Of a stretch of 64,000 nucleotides of DNA, positions 23,201 to 35,554 are shown piece by piece. The notes under the pieces were generated by a model that did no database searches, was not told where the DNA came from, and saw only the letters and a list, made by a program, of their open reading frames with translations. Made by a program: the position numbers and the translations under genes. The stretch's first letter is position 1; every line of letters starts with the position of its first letter. The stretch comes from Rhynchobatus australiae (lineage: Eukaryota): assembly GCA_034780895.1 (NCBI GenBank), contig JAUZTB010000118.1, forward strand, positions 69,819,669-69,883,668, in the 5' to 3' direction.

Positions 23201-24269
23201 TGCATGTGAATGTGTGTTTATTACCATTTATCAATCTCTGAAATTAGGCAGGCTGATCCTGTTCAAGTGGTATATGTCTCCTCTCACAGATTAAAGGTCA
23301 AATCTTTGCAACAAGGCAAAAAAACATAAAACAAAGGAAAAAAAATGAGATTGCATCTAATTTAGCTGTTTGAACTCTGAATGAAATGGGAAGAGTGAGA
23401 CCATGGTTGGTGGAACATGAGTAATATTCTCTCCCTTACACTGGGATTCAGAGCTGTTTTTTCAGCCAGCACTGATGGAGCCTCCAGCAGCAAAGATCTG
23501 GCAATCAGCCAACCAATCTAAGCACTTCTGTGAAGTTCCGATTCCATCTGTTTCTGTGGTGAATATTCTACTTCAGGTCAAATCCATATAGCCAGTTGTA
23601 TTAACATCGCCATGATCTGTAAAGATATTTCAGAGAGACTGGAAAGTGATGTTATCCATGGCTGAAAAGCTGTAAGAGCTCAGGTACGACACTAATTATT
23701 GAGGAGAATATATACTTACTCATTTGGCACTGTTCATTTCACTTTGAGGGCAATTACCCATCCTGGAGGCCAGGTGCAACATTTTCTAATCAAAAGGAGT
23801 GAAGCTGCCTTTTTAAAATAGACCACATGCTGTATTTGTTGAAAGAAATTTAATAATTGTCCGATAAGTTGTGACAAAAAACAGTTTGGAATTACTTGAT
23901 TGATTCATTAAGTAGGTTTTCTGCCTGTTCTTTCTAAAACACCATTCTCTAGTTCTCATTCAATAACCTTTCACCATGCTGTTACTTATAATAGTTTTGC
24001 AGGATATATGNNNNNNNNNNNNNNNNNNNNNNNNNNNNNNNNNNNNNNNNNNNNNNNNNNNNNNNNNNNNNNNNNNNNNNNNNNNNNNNNNNNNNNNNNN
24101 NNNNNNNNNNNNNNNNNNNNNNNNNNNNNNNNNGAGGTGAACATTTTTTTCTCATTACCTAACTTAGCTTTTCCATCTAACTTAGCATTTTCCTTCTCCA
24201 GAACAGTGATTGATAATAATCCATAATTCCATAGGTGGCAGGAATTGCTTCTGATTCACATAGTGTATG

Positions 24270-24554
24270 GGCAGGCACAGTAGTGTAGCGGTTAGCACAA
24301 CGCTGTACAACACCAGTGACCCAGGTTCAATTCCGGCTGCTGTCTGTAAGGAGTTTGTGCATTCTCCCCGTGGCTGCATGGGTTTCCTCCAGGTGCTCCA
24401 TTTTCCTCCCACATTCCAAAGACATGCGGGTTAGGAAGTTGTGGGCATGCTATGTTGGTTCTAGAAGTGTGGTGATACTTGTGGGCTGCCCTGCAGAACA
24501 CTCTATGCAAAAGATGTTGTGTGTTTCGATGTAACTAAAAGATATGTTATCTTA
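24270..24554 (+). mobile_element. tRNA-derived V-domain SINE with Rex1-type tail
   Basis: A box tagtgtagcggttag, B box ggttcaattcc, V domain 'gggtttcctccaggtgctcc..tttcctcccacattccaaagac', tail (atctt)n. Confidence 0.9.
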
Positions 24555-27034
24555 ATGTCCTTCTTCCCTCAGTGAGTTCAATTTTCACTGCAGCTCCATT
24601 TGCCTCTCTTGGGCAAATTCACTACTTTTCTGTTGTCTCAAACTCTCTCCATTTATCTTATCTTACCTAAGTTCAAGTCCAACTCTTCTACCCCACAATC
24701 TCTGTGCTCTCTTTCCCCCAGTGTCTCAATCACCTACCCCTCCCCACCTATACATTTTCAACCCTGATTACACCTAGACCTACAGAGATGGCATCCACAG
24801 CTAAGCTCACTCTGCCCCCACACCAGCAGGTTGAGGGGGAGATAGGGGTAAATGAATAAGAATCAGTAGCAGGTGCATTGGGCAATTCTTTGTATTCCTT
24901 TGAATAAGGACATGAAGCTAATTAGAGCCCTCCTTTGCATTCCTGCTGACTTTAGTGATTTTAGTCCAGATTGTATATTAACTCGGAACCTATTTAGTCT
25001 GCAGAATTCTTGAATGGTGAATTTATCTGTTAAGCCGTGTCAGATTTTGTTTTGTATAAATTTCTGTTAAATGTATTTTCTTATTTCATTCATCTCTTTT
25101 AGAATGTTTTCAGAACAGACCTCATTTTTTTTTAAATAATCTCTGGAATATGTAATAGATTTAACTGACTGGGAAATATCGTACACTGCTTTCGAGTTTC
25201 AATTAGTCTGGCAACCCCATTGTGACTTAGATTTCATCAGTTGAAGTCAATGGAATCATAAGATATAACTGAAATTGCAATATTCCTTTAAAAGTATTTA
25301 CAGACAAATTAGACAGCTNNNNNNNNNNNNNNNNNNNNNNNNNNNNNNNNNNNNNNNNNNTGCTGAATAGTTTGCTAATTCTTATTAATTGAGGCTCCCA
25401 GGACAGGATTTTAACAGCCAATCTGAATTCAAACCAGAATCCAAGGAGATGTGGCCATTTTTTACCTACTCTACACTCACAGTTTATATTCACCATCTGA
25501 AGCATGCAGCATACTGTATATCCTGCAAAACTATTATTAATAACAGCATGGTGAAAGGTTGTTGAATGGGATCTAGATAATGGTGTTTTAGAAAGAACAG
25601 GCAGTGACATTAGTTGGGGTGTTCATTCCCTACCATGCACAGCAGTTACATTATTATTGTGGTTACAAGGTAAGTATCAATGGGTTATACAACTTAACAG
25701 GTAAGATATTGCGTGTGCACCACTTACAACCACTTACCTAAGATTGCTGGTGTGTTATTCTATTGCTGTTATCAGGGCAATCTGACTGTTACTATTACAA
25801 CATTACAATTAGTTATCATTGATATTCCAGTGAAATTTGGGAACCTCCACCTCCTATTTACCTTCAGTTTCTCTTCTTCTTTTCCTGTATGCTGGTGGTC
25901 TTTGAATCTCAAAGTTTCCACAAAAGCAGCTAGTGTGAAAATGTGACACAAGTACTTAACTAAAGTGTTACAAAACTTTCATGGAAAATGCAGCAACATT
26001 CATTGACATAATGTGATTAGACAACATGTACTCTGGCGTTATTGTGGTTGGATATTCTTTATCACAAACCCTCTGGGAATGTTTCCAACCAATGTTTATA
26101 TTCCTATGGTCTTGTAATTCTACAGTATTGAAGACATGTGCTCCAGAACTAGATGTGGGTCTAGTTAGGAAACTGACAATAATAGTTTTCCACAGCTGTA
26201 ATTTTTACTTCAAGAATTTTTGTTTCCAGTTTAACCCTTTGGGAGTTAGGGGATAATTGCCCCGGTATCTCCCGGCCACAAAAGTAGGACAAATCTGATC
26301 TATCAAAATTTTCCCCTTTAGTCTGCTCTAAATCATCAGCAAATTGTTGATTGGTGTTATTAACAGTGCTTTCAAGTAACTCTTACTTCCTGATAACCTG
26401 CTCACTGATGTCCCATTTGATCGGCCCACTTGTCTCCAGCGATCAACAAAACCTGTCAAATGTGGACCAAAGAGCTGAATTCCAAAGGCGAGGTGAGAAT
26501 GCCTNNNNNNNNNNNNNNNNNNNNNNNNNNNNNNNNNNNNNNNNNNNNNNNNNNNNNNNNNNNNNNNNNNNNNNNNNNNNNNNNNNNNNNNNNNNNNNNN
26601 NNNNNNNNNNNNNNNNNNNNNNNNNNNNNNNNNNNNNNNNNNNNNNNNNNNNNNNNNNNNNNNNNNNNNNNNNNNNNNNNNNNNNNNNNNNNNNNNNNNN
26701 NNNNNNNNNNNNNNNNNNNNNNNNNNNNNNNNNNNNNNNNNNNNNNNNNNNNNNNNGTACAGCTGTGGACAGCTACCATTCCAGAATCATAGACTGTTCC
26801 GTTCTGTGTTATGACAATTGAAAGACAATTTACAATCCACAAGGAAACAGTAGATTGAAAAATCTTGCCATCAAAGACAAATTATTCACTTCGGGAAGCT
26901 AGGACCCTAGGCTGATACGGCAGTACTGAGGAAACAAGATACAGATGGTCAATTAGTAAGGAGAGCATGGCCTAGGTGGCCAATCAGAAACTGATCCTGT
27001 GATTGATCATGTGCCTCTGCCAGAGGATGTTAGG

Positions 27035-27247
27035 GATAAGTTTTCTCCTACATGCCAAATACATGCTTGTCGGTAGGTGAATATGCTACTATAAATCCCC
27101 TAGTCTATGTGGGTGGCAGGAGAATCTTAAGGGGAGAGGAAAGTTGATAGGGATGTAAGAGGAAAAGAGGGTTTATATGGAAGGATGTTTGATGGTTGGC
27201 ATGGACACAATGGGCCAAAGGGCCTGTTTCCATGCTCAATGACTCTG
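27035..27247 (+). mobile_element. 5'-truncated V-SINE with CR1-type tail (HE1-like)
   Basis: V-domain end 'ttttctcctacatgccaaatacatgc' and CR1 terminus 'tgggccaaagggcctgtttccatgct..gactct'. Confidence 0.6.
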
Positions 27248-27374
27248 TGGCTCTATTTTCAGAAACCATATTGCAGGTCATGCTGATAGATGACAAAAGC
27301 TCATGGTCACTCAGGGAATTGTGTCACGTGATTGCATGAAAATAAACACATCACAATTATTCAGCATGTGGTGT

Positions 27375-28135
27375 GCACTGACAAGTTGACAGATGGAATA
27401 TAATGTGGGAAAATCTGACACTATCCACTTTAGATGGAAAAATGAAAAAGCAGATTATTGGTTAAACTGAGTGAGACTACAGAAGGACAATAGTGTGCAA
27501 AGGGATCTGGGGTTCCTAGTGCATGAAACACGAAGTGTTGGCATACAATTATAACAAGTACTGAGGTCAATGGAATATTGGCATTTATTACAAGGGGTAT
27601 GGAGTATAAAAGTGAAGAAATATTATTGGCAATTTACTGGGCGTTAGTGACATTGCACCTGCTGTTTTGTATACAGTATTGGTCTCCATATTTAAGGAAG
27701 GGTATAGTTGCATTGGAGATGGAGTGGAGAAGGTTCAGTATGTTGATTGCCAGGTTGAAGGGTTTGCAGTTAGAAGAATGCAAAGTGATCTTATTGAAAT
27801 ATAAAGTTTCTGAAGGCAGCTGCTGAAAGGATGCTTCTCTCACTAAGGTTACTAGAGCCATGGAGTATACTTCCAGAATAGGGGTCACCCGTTTAAAATG
27901 AGATACGAAGGATTTTCTTCTCTCAGAAAGTTGCGACTCTTTAAAATTCTCTGGAGAGCTACAGAGACCGAGTCATTGAATACATTCACAATGGAGATTG
28001 ACCAATAGTTGAAATACAAGGGAGTCAATGGGTATGGTGGACAGTGGGAAAGTGATATTGAAGCCAACATTGAATCAGCCATGATGTTAATGAATGGTAG
28101 TTTGGCCAATTCCTGCTCTCATTTCTTATGTTCTT
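27375..28135 (+). mobile_element. CR1 LINE 3' part
   Basis: AFITRGMEYKSEEILL..Y.ALV..HL..C.QYWSPYLRK (ORF 27578..27826) and terminus 'atttcttatgttctt'. Confidence 0.9.
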
Positions 28136-28494
28136 CTGTATTAATGTTGAAGATGCTGCCAGGAAACAACAGACTACTTGAAAATTAAGTTCTGTTGTCA
28201 CCTGCAAAAATTAGGTTGTACCCTGTAAAGGAGGTTCAATACCAGCCACCAGCAAATGTCTGTCTTGGGTAAATGCTGATTGCACAGGTATCCTGCATAG
28301 GAAAAGTCCAGTCTTTGGTGACCTGTTGAGGTCAGTTGCTATTTGCATAAATAAATTTACAATTCCTTGGTTTCCAATCTTAACATATCCACTTGCTTGC
28401 CATCCTTTGGAAGAAATTTATTTCCTGATAGGGTGGATTGTTTAAATACATTAATGTTGTAGTCCAGAGGTAAAATAAGCAATCTACTGTCAAT

Positions 28495-28740
28495 TTTTTA
28501 TTACAAAATAAAGTTTATTCTTCATAAGAAAAAATTATATACCAGAATTAACAGTGCAAACCCTTTACATTCAGGTACAGTTCATTCAGTAGTGTTAACT
28601 TATTTTTGAAACCCATAGCACCGATGCCACTCACGTGGCTCCCTGGGGTGATACCCCAGTCCAATATTTACAATATTTAAGGGGCTTCTTCACCTGACCC
28701 CATGCCTCCATGTCCAGTAGCGAATGAACACTAAACTGTC
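28495..28740 (-). mobile_element. Tx1/L1-type LINE 3' UTR
   Basis: Reverse A-rich end with AATAAA ('tttattc') plus sequence resembling a recalled batoid Tx1 3' UTR. Confidence 0.45.
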
Positions 28741-29354
28741 AAATTAATTTTGCAGAATTGCATTTCAGTGTGACCTTTCACCAGTCTGTTCTCTTTCTGT
28801 CCAATGCCTATGCTTAACATCATCACCCTTATAGTTGTGGTGACTAGCAGAGATTGGGAATGGGTAGAAACATGGAGCACATCTGGGGAATCTCTTATGA
28901 CACCCCTCCTCTCTTATGCCCCTCCCTGTTATAGTTACTGGATTGCCTCTTTACTACAAAATGTTTCTTTGAAAGTTCCAATCTGAATTTGGGCAAAGTA
29001 TAATGCATGCCACCTGGATGTATTTAAATTTAATAAAAATATTGTCCATAAGACTAATATACTTTAATAGATGGCATATTTTTCTGATGAATACTACACC
29101 ATCTAATTTATAACAGTTTGTACATTTCTAAGCATTTTCTATAAGCGATGACAGTTGACAACGTTTTATTTTAATACTTCAGGATCCAAATGGTCATGTT
29201 ATATTTTCCATATTGCCATAGAAATAACTTTGCTTTAGAACAGCGTGTTACACATTTATTGCATTTAAAATGCATTTAAACCCACTCCAACTGTGACTTC
29301 ATGGAGATTTATTGCATTTCGCACATAAACAACGCAGTGAATAATAGAATTTTG

Positions 29355-29527
29355 AGGCCATTCTGCTTCATATGAGATTGACTGCAGTTGAACCTCTCTC
29401 AGGTGGATGCAAAAGACCCCATGTTTATACTATGACAAAAAACAGGGGAACTAATTCCTGTGCCCTGACTAATATTCATCTCCCACTCAAAGTTGCTAAA
29501 AAAAACTATTGATCATTAAATTGTTGT
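29355..29527 (+). mobile_element. Deu-domain SINE core
   Basis: 'ctctcaggtggatgcaaaagaccccatg..caggggaac..tgccctgactaatattcatc' is the Deu core motif. Confidence 0.75.
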
Positions 29528-29781
29528 NNNNNNNNNNNNNNNNNNNNNNNNNNNNNNNNNNNNNNNNNNNNNNNNNNNNNNNNNNNNNNNNNNNNNNNNN
29601 NNNNNNNNNNNNNNNNNNNNNNNNNNNAATTTTACTCTACCTAATAAAAGTTAGTTCAAGCCAAGAAAAACCAGAGCTATTGTAAAATCCATACAAATAT
29701 TCCCATTACTCCTTCCCTAGGCCAAACCCTTTTGTTGATATTTTCTTGGCAAATTAGAACCCAATGGAGGCAAAACAAAGG

Positions 29782-30053
29782 TTAATGTAAAAGTAATTTT
29801 AATTTTTTCTTATCAGACTGGGCATTTACAAAGGAAATATAACAGTGGTCATACTGATCAACATCGTCACCCATGACTTGATACAACCAATTCTGCTTAG
29901 AATTATCAACCTTTTCCAAACCAGCAAGATGGGCTGAGAGTAATTCAGCCTCTGATACATTGAAATAATTTTTATACAGTGTGCAGATCGGCTTTTCAGT
30001 TGCAAATTTACTAATATTTCTACATCTTGGATAACCATGGCAACAAACTTCTC
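29782..30053 (-). CDS. Candidate orphan terminal coding exon (~90 aa), unidentified
   Basis: Open frame 30054-29782: GEVCCHGYPRCRNISKFATEKPICTLYKNYFNVSEAELLSAHLAGLEKVDNSKQNWLYQVMGDDVDQYDHCYISFVNAQSDKKKLKLLLH*; GNN-codon rich; weak taag| acceptor. Confidence 0.3.
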
Positions 30054-30714
30054 CTTAAGCATATTATGATAATGAATAGGTTATTATTGTAATCCGCTGA
30101 ATCCTGGCTATTTTAATCCTGCGACTAGAACATTATATCAACGAACTGCTTGAATTTCAAAAAGGTGGTGTGCATATTATTATATTGCTTAATATCATCT
30201 TTTATTCACTGAATACTGGTTTGAACATATATATTTTTATTTCCTTGATCTATAAGGAGTTAAGAGATTCTGAAGCTTAATAGATTCTGTTCAAGGATCA
30301 AAAATCCAATGAAAGAGATAAATGTTTGCTAATGCAAGAGACACTGTGGATTAATGGGTGGAAGGCAGAAAGACTGGGTCGACATTAGGAAATGAAAGAG
30401 AGGCAGAAAACAAATTTAATAAGTAGAGGAGCATGAAACTGAGCTTGCATAGGTTGCATTGAATTGGAGGCTAATACACAGCATATTTGATAAGAAGGTA
30501 TTTTAATAACAAGAGATGGTCTTTATTAAAACATGTTATTAAAATTCAACAGGGTCCTTAAATGTGGAAAACATAAAACTATTGATAAAACATTTTTTTC
30601 GAAGAAAGATTTGAAGAACATATACATATGCACATTAGAGGAAAATCTTGTGTGGTTCTGTTGGCTCTTTAGTTTTGTTGCTTGCAAAAATGTATACCCT
30701 ACATCTTACTTATG

Positions 30715-30920
30715 CAGAGGATGGTTATGATCTGGAAAACACTGCCTGTAGTGATGTGGAAAGAGGACTTGAACAGGGAATTGAATAAATACGAGGGAAA
30801 ATCATCAACAGGATTATGTGGAAACAACAGAAGAATGTGAATGCATGTACTGGTCGACATAGAGCTAACACAAATGAGATAGGCCAAATAGCCTCCTTCC
30901 TGCTGTAAACATTCTATTGA
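30715..30920 (+). mobile_element. Old CR1 3' end
   Basis: 'tggaaaacactgcc..gggaattgaataaatac..ggccaaatagcctccttcctgctgtaaacattctattg'. Confidence 0.6.
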
Positions 30921-32654
30921 TCTGTGGCAAGAGGGATATAGATTGAGAGAATATGAAACAGAGAGAAAGTGTAACAGGGCGACAGACACTGGGAAAAAGA
31001 AAAGCCAGTTCAGAAGAGATATTTAGCTGAGGGTAGAAAAAGAACAGTATTTTACACAACAAACTGAGCCTTTACACAAAGTAGCAAATGTTTACTCCAA
31101 AGCTGATTACTTCACGGGAACGCAACTGAAGTGAGCAGAAATTGGAGACATTAAGATGGCAGATTTCAAGAAATACATTTCTGCTCAATGATTGCCTTCT
31201 GTTTAAACAGTTTACAAGATAATCCATCCAGTAAGCAGCTGGCCCTGACAGTTAGCATGTTCATTCTGCTGGATAACAAACGTAGTCTGATTGCAGCTCA
31301 AGCAGCCATTCCAAATGCAAGGAGGCATTGTTCCATTTCTGATTAAATGGGCAGCTGTAGATTGCAAAGAATGTAATTGCCTTGGCCACGCAACATCTTC
31401 ACCTGTTATTTCAAGTATGCTAAATCATAGCAGAAATTATTAACAGCCACAGTTTCATAATAGTTTAATTTGAGGCGATGCACCGTTAGTGTAACACAGA
31501 TGAATAGGTGTGTTGGACTTGACTTTAAATACGGCTGACATCCAATGAATATTTTCTAGCAATTGCACTGTAGGGAGCTTGTCAGTGATTGCGTTTTCAG
31601 CCACACAATTGCCAAGCGCAGAAGGGGAAAAATGGTCTTCTAGCACTGCTTGCACTCATAATCTTAACAATGATTGGAGCATTTGACAGCTAAATCATTT
31701 TTCAATTAGGCCTACAAACGATGTGAGCATGTGCTGATGAGCTTTCCATGAAATATTTCAGTACCAGGATGATCAGAGAATTCACTTACTGTTCATATTG
31801 GAAGAGGTATTAAATTTTAATACGTAGAATTCAGCTTCTCGGCAGTCTTCTTCTGATGCATTCTCCAAATGGCTGAGTGAATTGATTCAGTAAGTAGCTG
31901 AACCATATGGCCCTTCCAACTCGAGATCCAATCCTGATCTAATCCTTGTCAGGTGAGGTAGCCAGAGTGTTGCTAGATTAACTACAAGGCCTCAGGATCT
32001 GTACATAGGGGAATGAAGGATCCTCATTACTATTCATCAGCTAAATCCCTTCCTCCAATTGAAGGCACAATGGGTGGCAATTTGACTGTGAACAAAATGG
32101 GGCTTGCCTGTGATGTGTCCCAAGATTGAATAACCTTCCAATACTCACAAACAAGATGTACACAAGTAATAGCCCGAGGTAAGGGGAAAATATTTTGCAG
32201 AAAGGACAAAACATAAGATAAATCTCCTTTTTCTGAAAAGGAGCATAAAGCTAATGGTAAAAAGTACACACAGTAAACTGGTTAAAATAAAGATAAAGTG
32301 TTTTCTTCCTTTCTGTCTCTCAAACTTAAAAGGGCTAATTTTAATTAAACGATGAGCAAATAATCCATAGTTACTTCAATAAAGAAAGAATTCAGGCAGG
32401 AAGTAGTACCAGCATTCCACCTGGTACCATCAGTTTCCCTGCTGGTGAGCTAGGATAACATTGCTGCTCAATTATTTATTCCTTATTTATATTCCCATTG
32501 TTTTTTTCCCTGAAAAGCATTCTTGCTCCTTTCTTGAAGTTAGAAGTTCATTTCTGGCCAGAGTTTCAGAACAACCAAGAGCTCTCCCCTGCCCAATATG
32601 CATGCACCACCCTTTGAAGCAATATTAAACCACTAGAGAGTCACAATGGAAAGA

Positions 32655-32765
32655 AAAAGAAGGATTTACCTTTCTGTAGTGCTGTTTATGACTTCAGGAT
32701 GTTTCAGAGAATTTTAAGGCTAATTATCACTTAGAAGTACAGTCATTATTGCAATGTGGAAAATT
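32655..32765 (-). mobile_element. Deu-SINE/L2-type 3' tail
   Basis: Homologous to 19880-19980 ('tttctgtagtgct..gacttcaggatgtttcagag..gaagtacagtcattattgcaatgtgg'). Confidence 0.55.
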
Positions 32766-35275
32766 TGATTGGATCCATCTTGTGTTTCATGAATGCATTT
32801 GAAACAGGAATGCTGTGTAATGATTTTTTAAAAGAAAAAATCTTCTTCTGAATCTAGGACTGTTGCAGCAAACAGGCAACATTCCTCTTGTTGCCTTGGC
32901 TGAGATCAATAACTTCTGCACTTATCACCAACAGTCAAATCTAGTCATTGCATGATCACGTGTGGTTCTGCTATTTGCTGGATAAACATGCTGAGCCACT
33001 GGACAAAAAAGTCAGCACATATGTATTATAATCCTGCTATTGCGTTGCTCAAAGAAATGATAGTGAAAGGGAGTCAATCATTACATTGTCCACTGTATAG
33101 TTAAGTGTAATAGAACAGGTTTCCTATTCAGTTATTGAAAGCAATTTGTTTCATCCTCCTCTCTCTGGGCTATAGCTTCATATTCATATTCACTTTTGAA
33201 GCAGCACTGTAATTCAATCCATAAAGATGGAGTACCAATTTCTGAACACAAATATTCCTACTTTTAAAGGTTGCTGGAAAAGAGCAGCAACTGGGTCTGT
33301 TTTTTAAGAGTTGCTACTTGCCTGTCTGTTTAAGTGGCATCAAAACTTTTAAATATTATCATTTGAATCAGTGTAGAATCTATTCTACATCCCTCTTTTC
33401 CAGATCCAACAGAAAAGAAATGATAATTTAGGGACAGGAGCTAATCTGATGGATAGCAAATTATTAAAATAATAAAGCATTGTTTTGTAAAATTTCTACA
33501 CAATATGTTGCCATATTAGTAAGATTATTTCATTATCAATTGCCACACTGGCCAGGTATATTACAACTTTATTTCATCATTAATTTAATAAAGATATGTT
33601 GTATCAGACTGTAATTATCATGGGCAGTAAAATTGACTGAGTGTACTGGAATAATCTCATTAGAAGCTTACCCTATGGATGAATGAAAGGCTTNNNNNNN
33701 NNNNNNNNNNNNNNNNNNNNNNNNNNNNNNNNNNNNNNNNNNNNNNNNNNNNNNNNNNNNNNNNNNNNNNNNNNNNNNNNNNNNNNNNNNNNNTACCCTA
33801 TGGATGAATGAAAGGCTTGATTTGGATGTTTTGGTGCCATTATTTATTAATCTATAAACCAGCATTGAAAGAGACTTTTATTTTCGTTGACAGTGGTAAG
33901 GCTCCTTCTGTTCATTAATTAGATTTATTTTAAATAGTTTATGTTTTATCTGAGTGTTGAGAAAGATTTGTGCTTGATTTTCAATTTATTTCAAATTCAG
34001 ATTTGATGGGTTGAACAGAGAGACCTCTGATATCTCTGACCCAGTAACTGCTTTCAAAAGCTTTTCTTGTGATGCCTGGGTCTGGCAGATCTTATGCTCT
34101 CTGTGCAGTTGTCTTTGTTGTCCAGCTGAGTCATCTTTTTCTGAGGAAACATTTTTTTTTCCAAACTGAATTGAATGTGCACTTCTTTGATTTATTTTCT
34201 ATATTTGTGTGTACTTAATATGTGATCAGACCTAAAAGAGTAAAACAAGGATGTGAAACAAATTGAGAAAAATCACAGTGAAGATTTATTTAACTAAACA
34301 TTTGGAAGCAAATCAGTACTGGTGCATAATCAGAGTGTGAAGTTTTCCCAGCTTTTGCCATGATTACAACTGTTTAAGCGTATGCCATTTTCAGGGTATC
34401 AATCTTAAATTGCACCCTGGTTTCAGTCTTGATCATTGTTTTATGTTGGTCAGACAGATGGAGAATCATGAATCAGTAGAGCGTCTGTCTGGTTCTGTCA
34501 ACTCTGGTGTAGGCTTTGACCTTAAGTGATGATGTTAAATGAATGAAGGCAAATCAGCCGCCCCTTTTAGTTGATATTGTGGCTTTCAGGAGAAGCAGCT
34601 CATTAGGTAAGGCAAGTGATGTAACTGCAGTGGCTGCAGAATGGAACACAAGAGTAAAATAATTTGACCAGGCAATTCACTAGAGCAGCGCAATACTTTA
34701 GTGCATTCGGTGAATCAGTAGTATCTAATTTGCATAATCCATTTCCCCTAAATCCATTCCTTGTGCATATATGCACAAAAGCCATGGGGTACATACAATT
34801 ATGCCAACCAGTGTACAATGTACAATTGATGTCCCTTGTGTGAAGTTCTACCACACATATACAGTTCATGAATGGCATGGATCTTGATCACTGGGGAAAG
34901 TCTTAACCATAGGATTGAGGTCTGCTCTGGAATTGGCTAAAAACCCTGCCTGGGATACAAGTGGGGAGTCCAATGCATTGATCTAGCCTCCGATAAGTTC
35001 CTGTTTAACTTTACAGTCCAGATGGTTTCCTTTCCTCACCCACCATGAACAGTGTCCACTCGCTACTAATGTCTTGCCACCTGCTTTCCCAATGATTTTT
35101 CTCCACATTATCTCAGAACTTCTGTTCTTCTGGATATTTCTCCAAACCTCTTTCTGAACTCATCCATGTCTCCCCTCCAATCTCTTGCCACACTCCTCGC
35201 CTTCTCTACAGCAGCCCTCATTCAGTTTCCTCCTCAGTGTACTCCACTCATACCTGCATCTCCAGTCTTCTTAAG

Positions 35276-35554
35276 GTAAGATATTTATTAGTCACATGTA
35301 CATCGAAACACACAGTGAAATGCGTCTTTATGCATTACTGAGAATGTGCTGGGGGCAGCCCACAAGTGTCGCCACTCTTCCAGCGCCAACAGAGCATGCC
35401 CACAGCTCCTAACCTGTGCGTCTTTGGAATGTGGGAGGAAACTGGAGCACCCGGAGGAAACCCACCCAGACACAGGGAGAACATAAAACTCCTTACAGAC
35501 AGTGACAGGAATTGAACAGGTCACTGGTGCTGTAATAGAGTTACACTAACTGCT
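35276..35554 (-). mobile_element. V-domain SINE (Rex1-type tail)
   Basis: Reverse complement of the 24270/48598/57136 family. Confidence 0.9.

Noticed and set aside
30130-30190. Plus-strand EFQKGGVHIIILL resembling Helitron Rep motif 2
   Set aside because: It lacks the RG and HUH histidine pair, and no other Rep or helicase motifs are nearby.
33372-33390. Short perfect hairpins (also ~18-50, ~39060-39095, ~44888-44908)
   Set aside because: Stems of 8-10 bp are expected by chance in 64 kb, and no known miRNA mature sequence was recognised.
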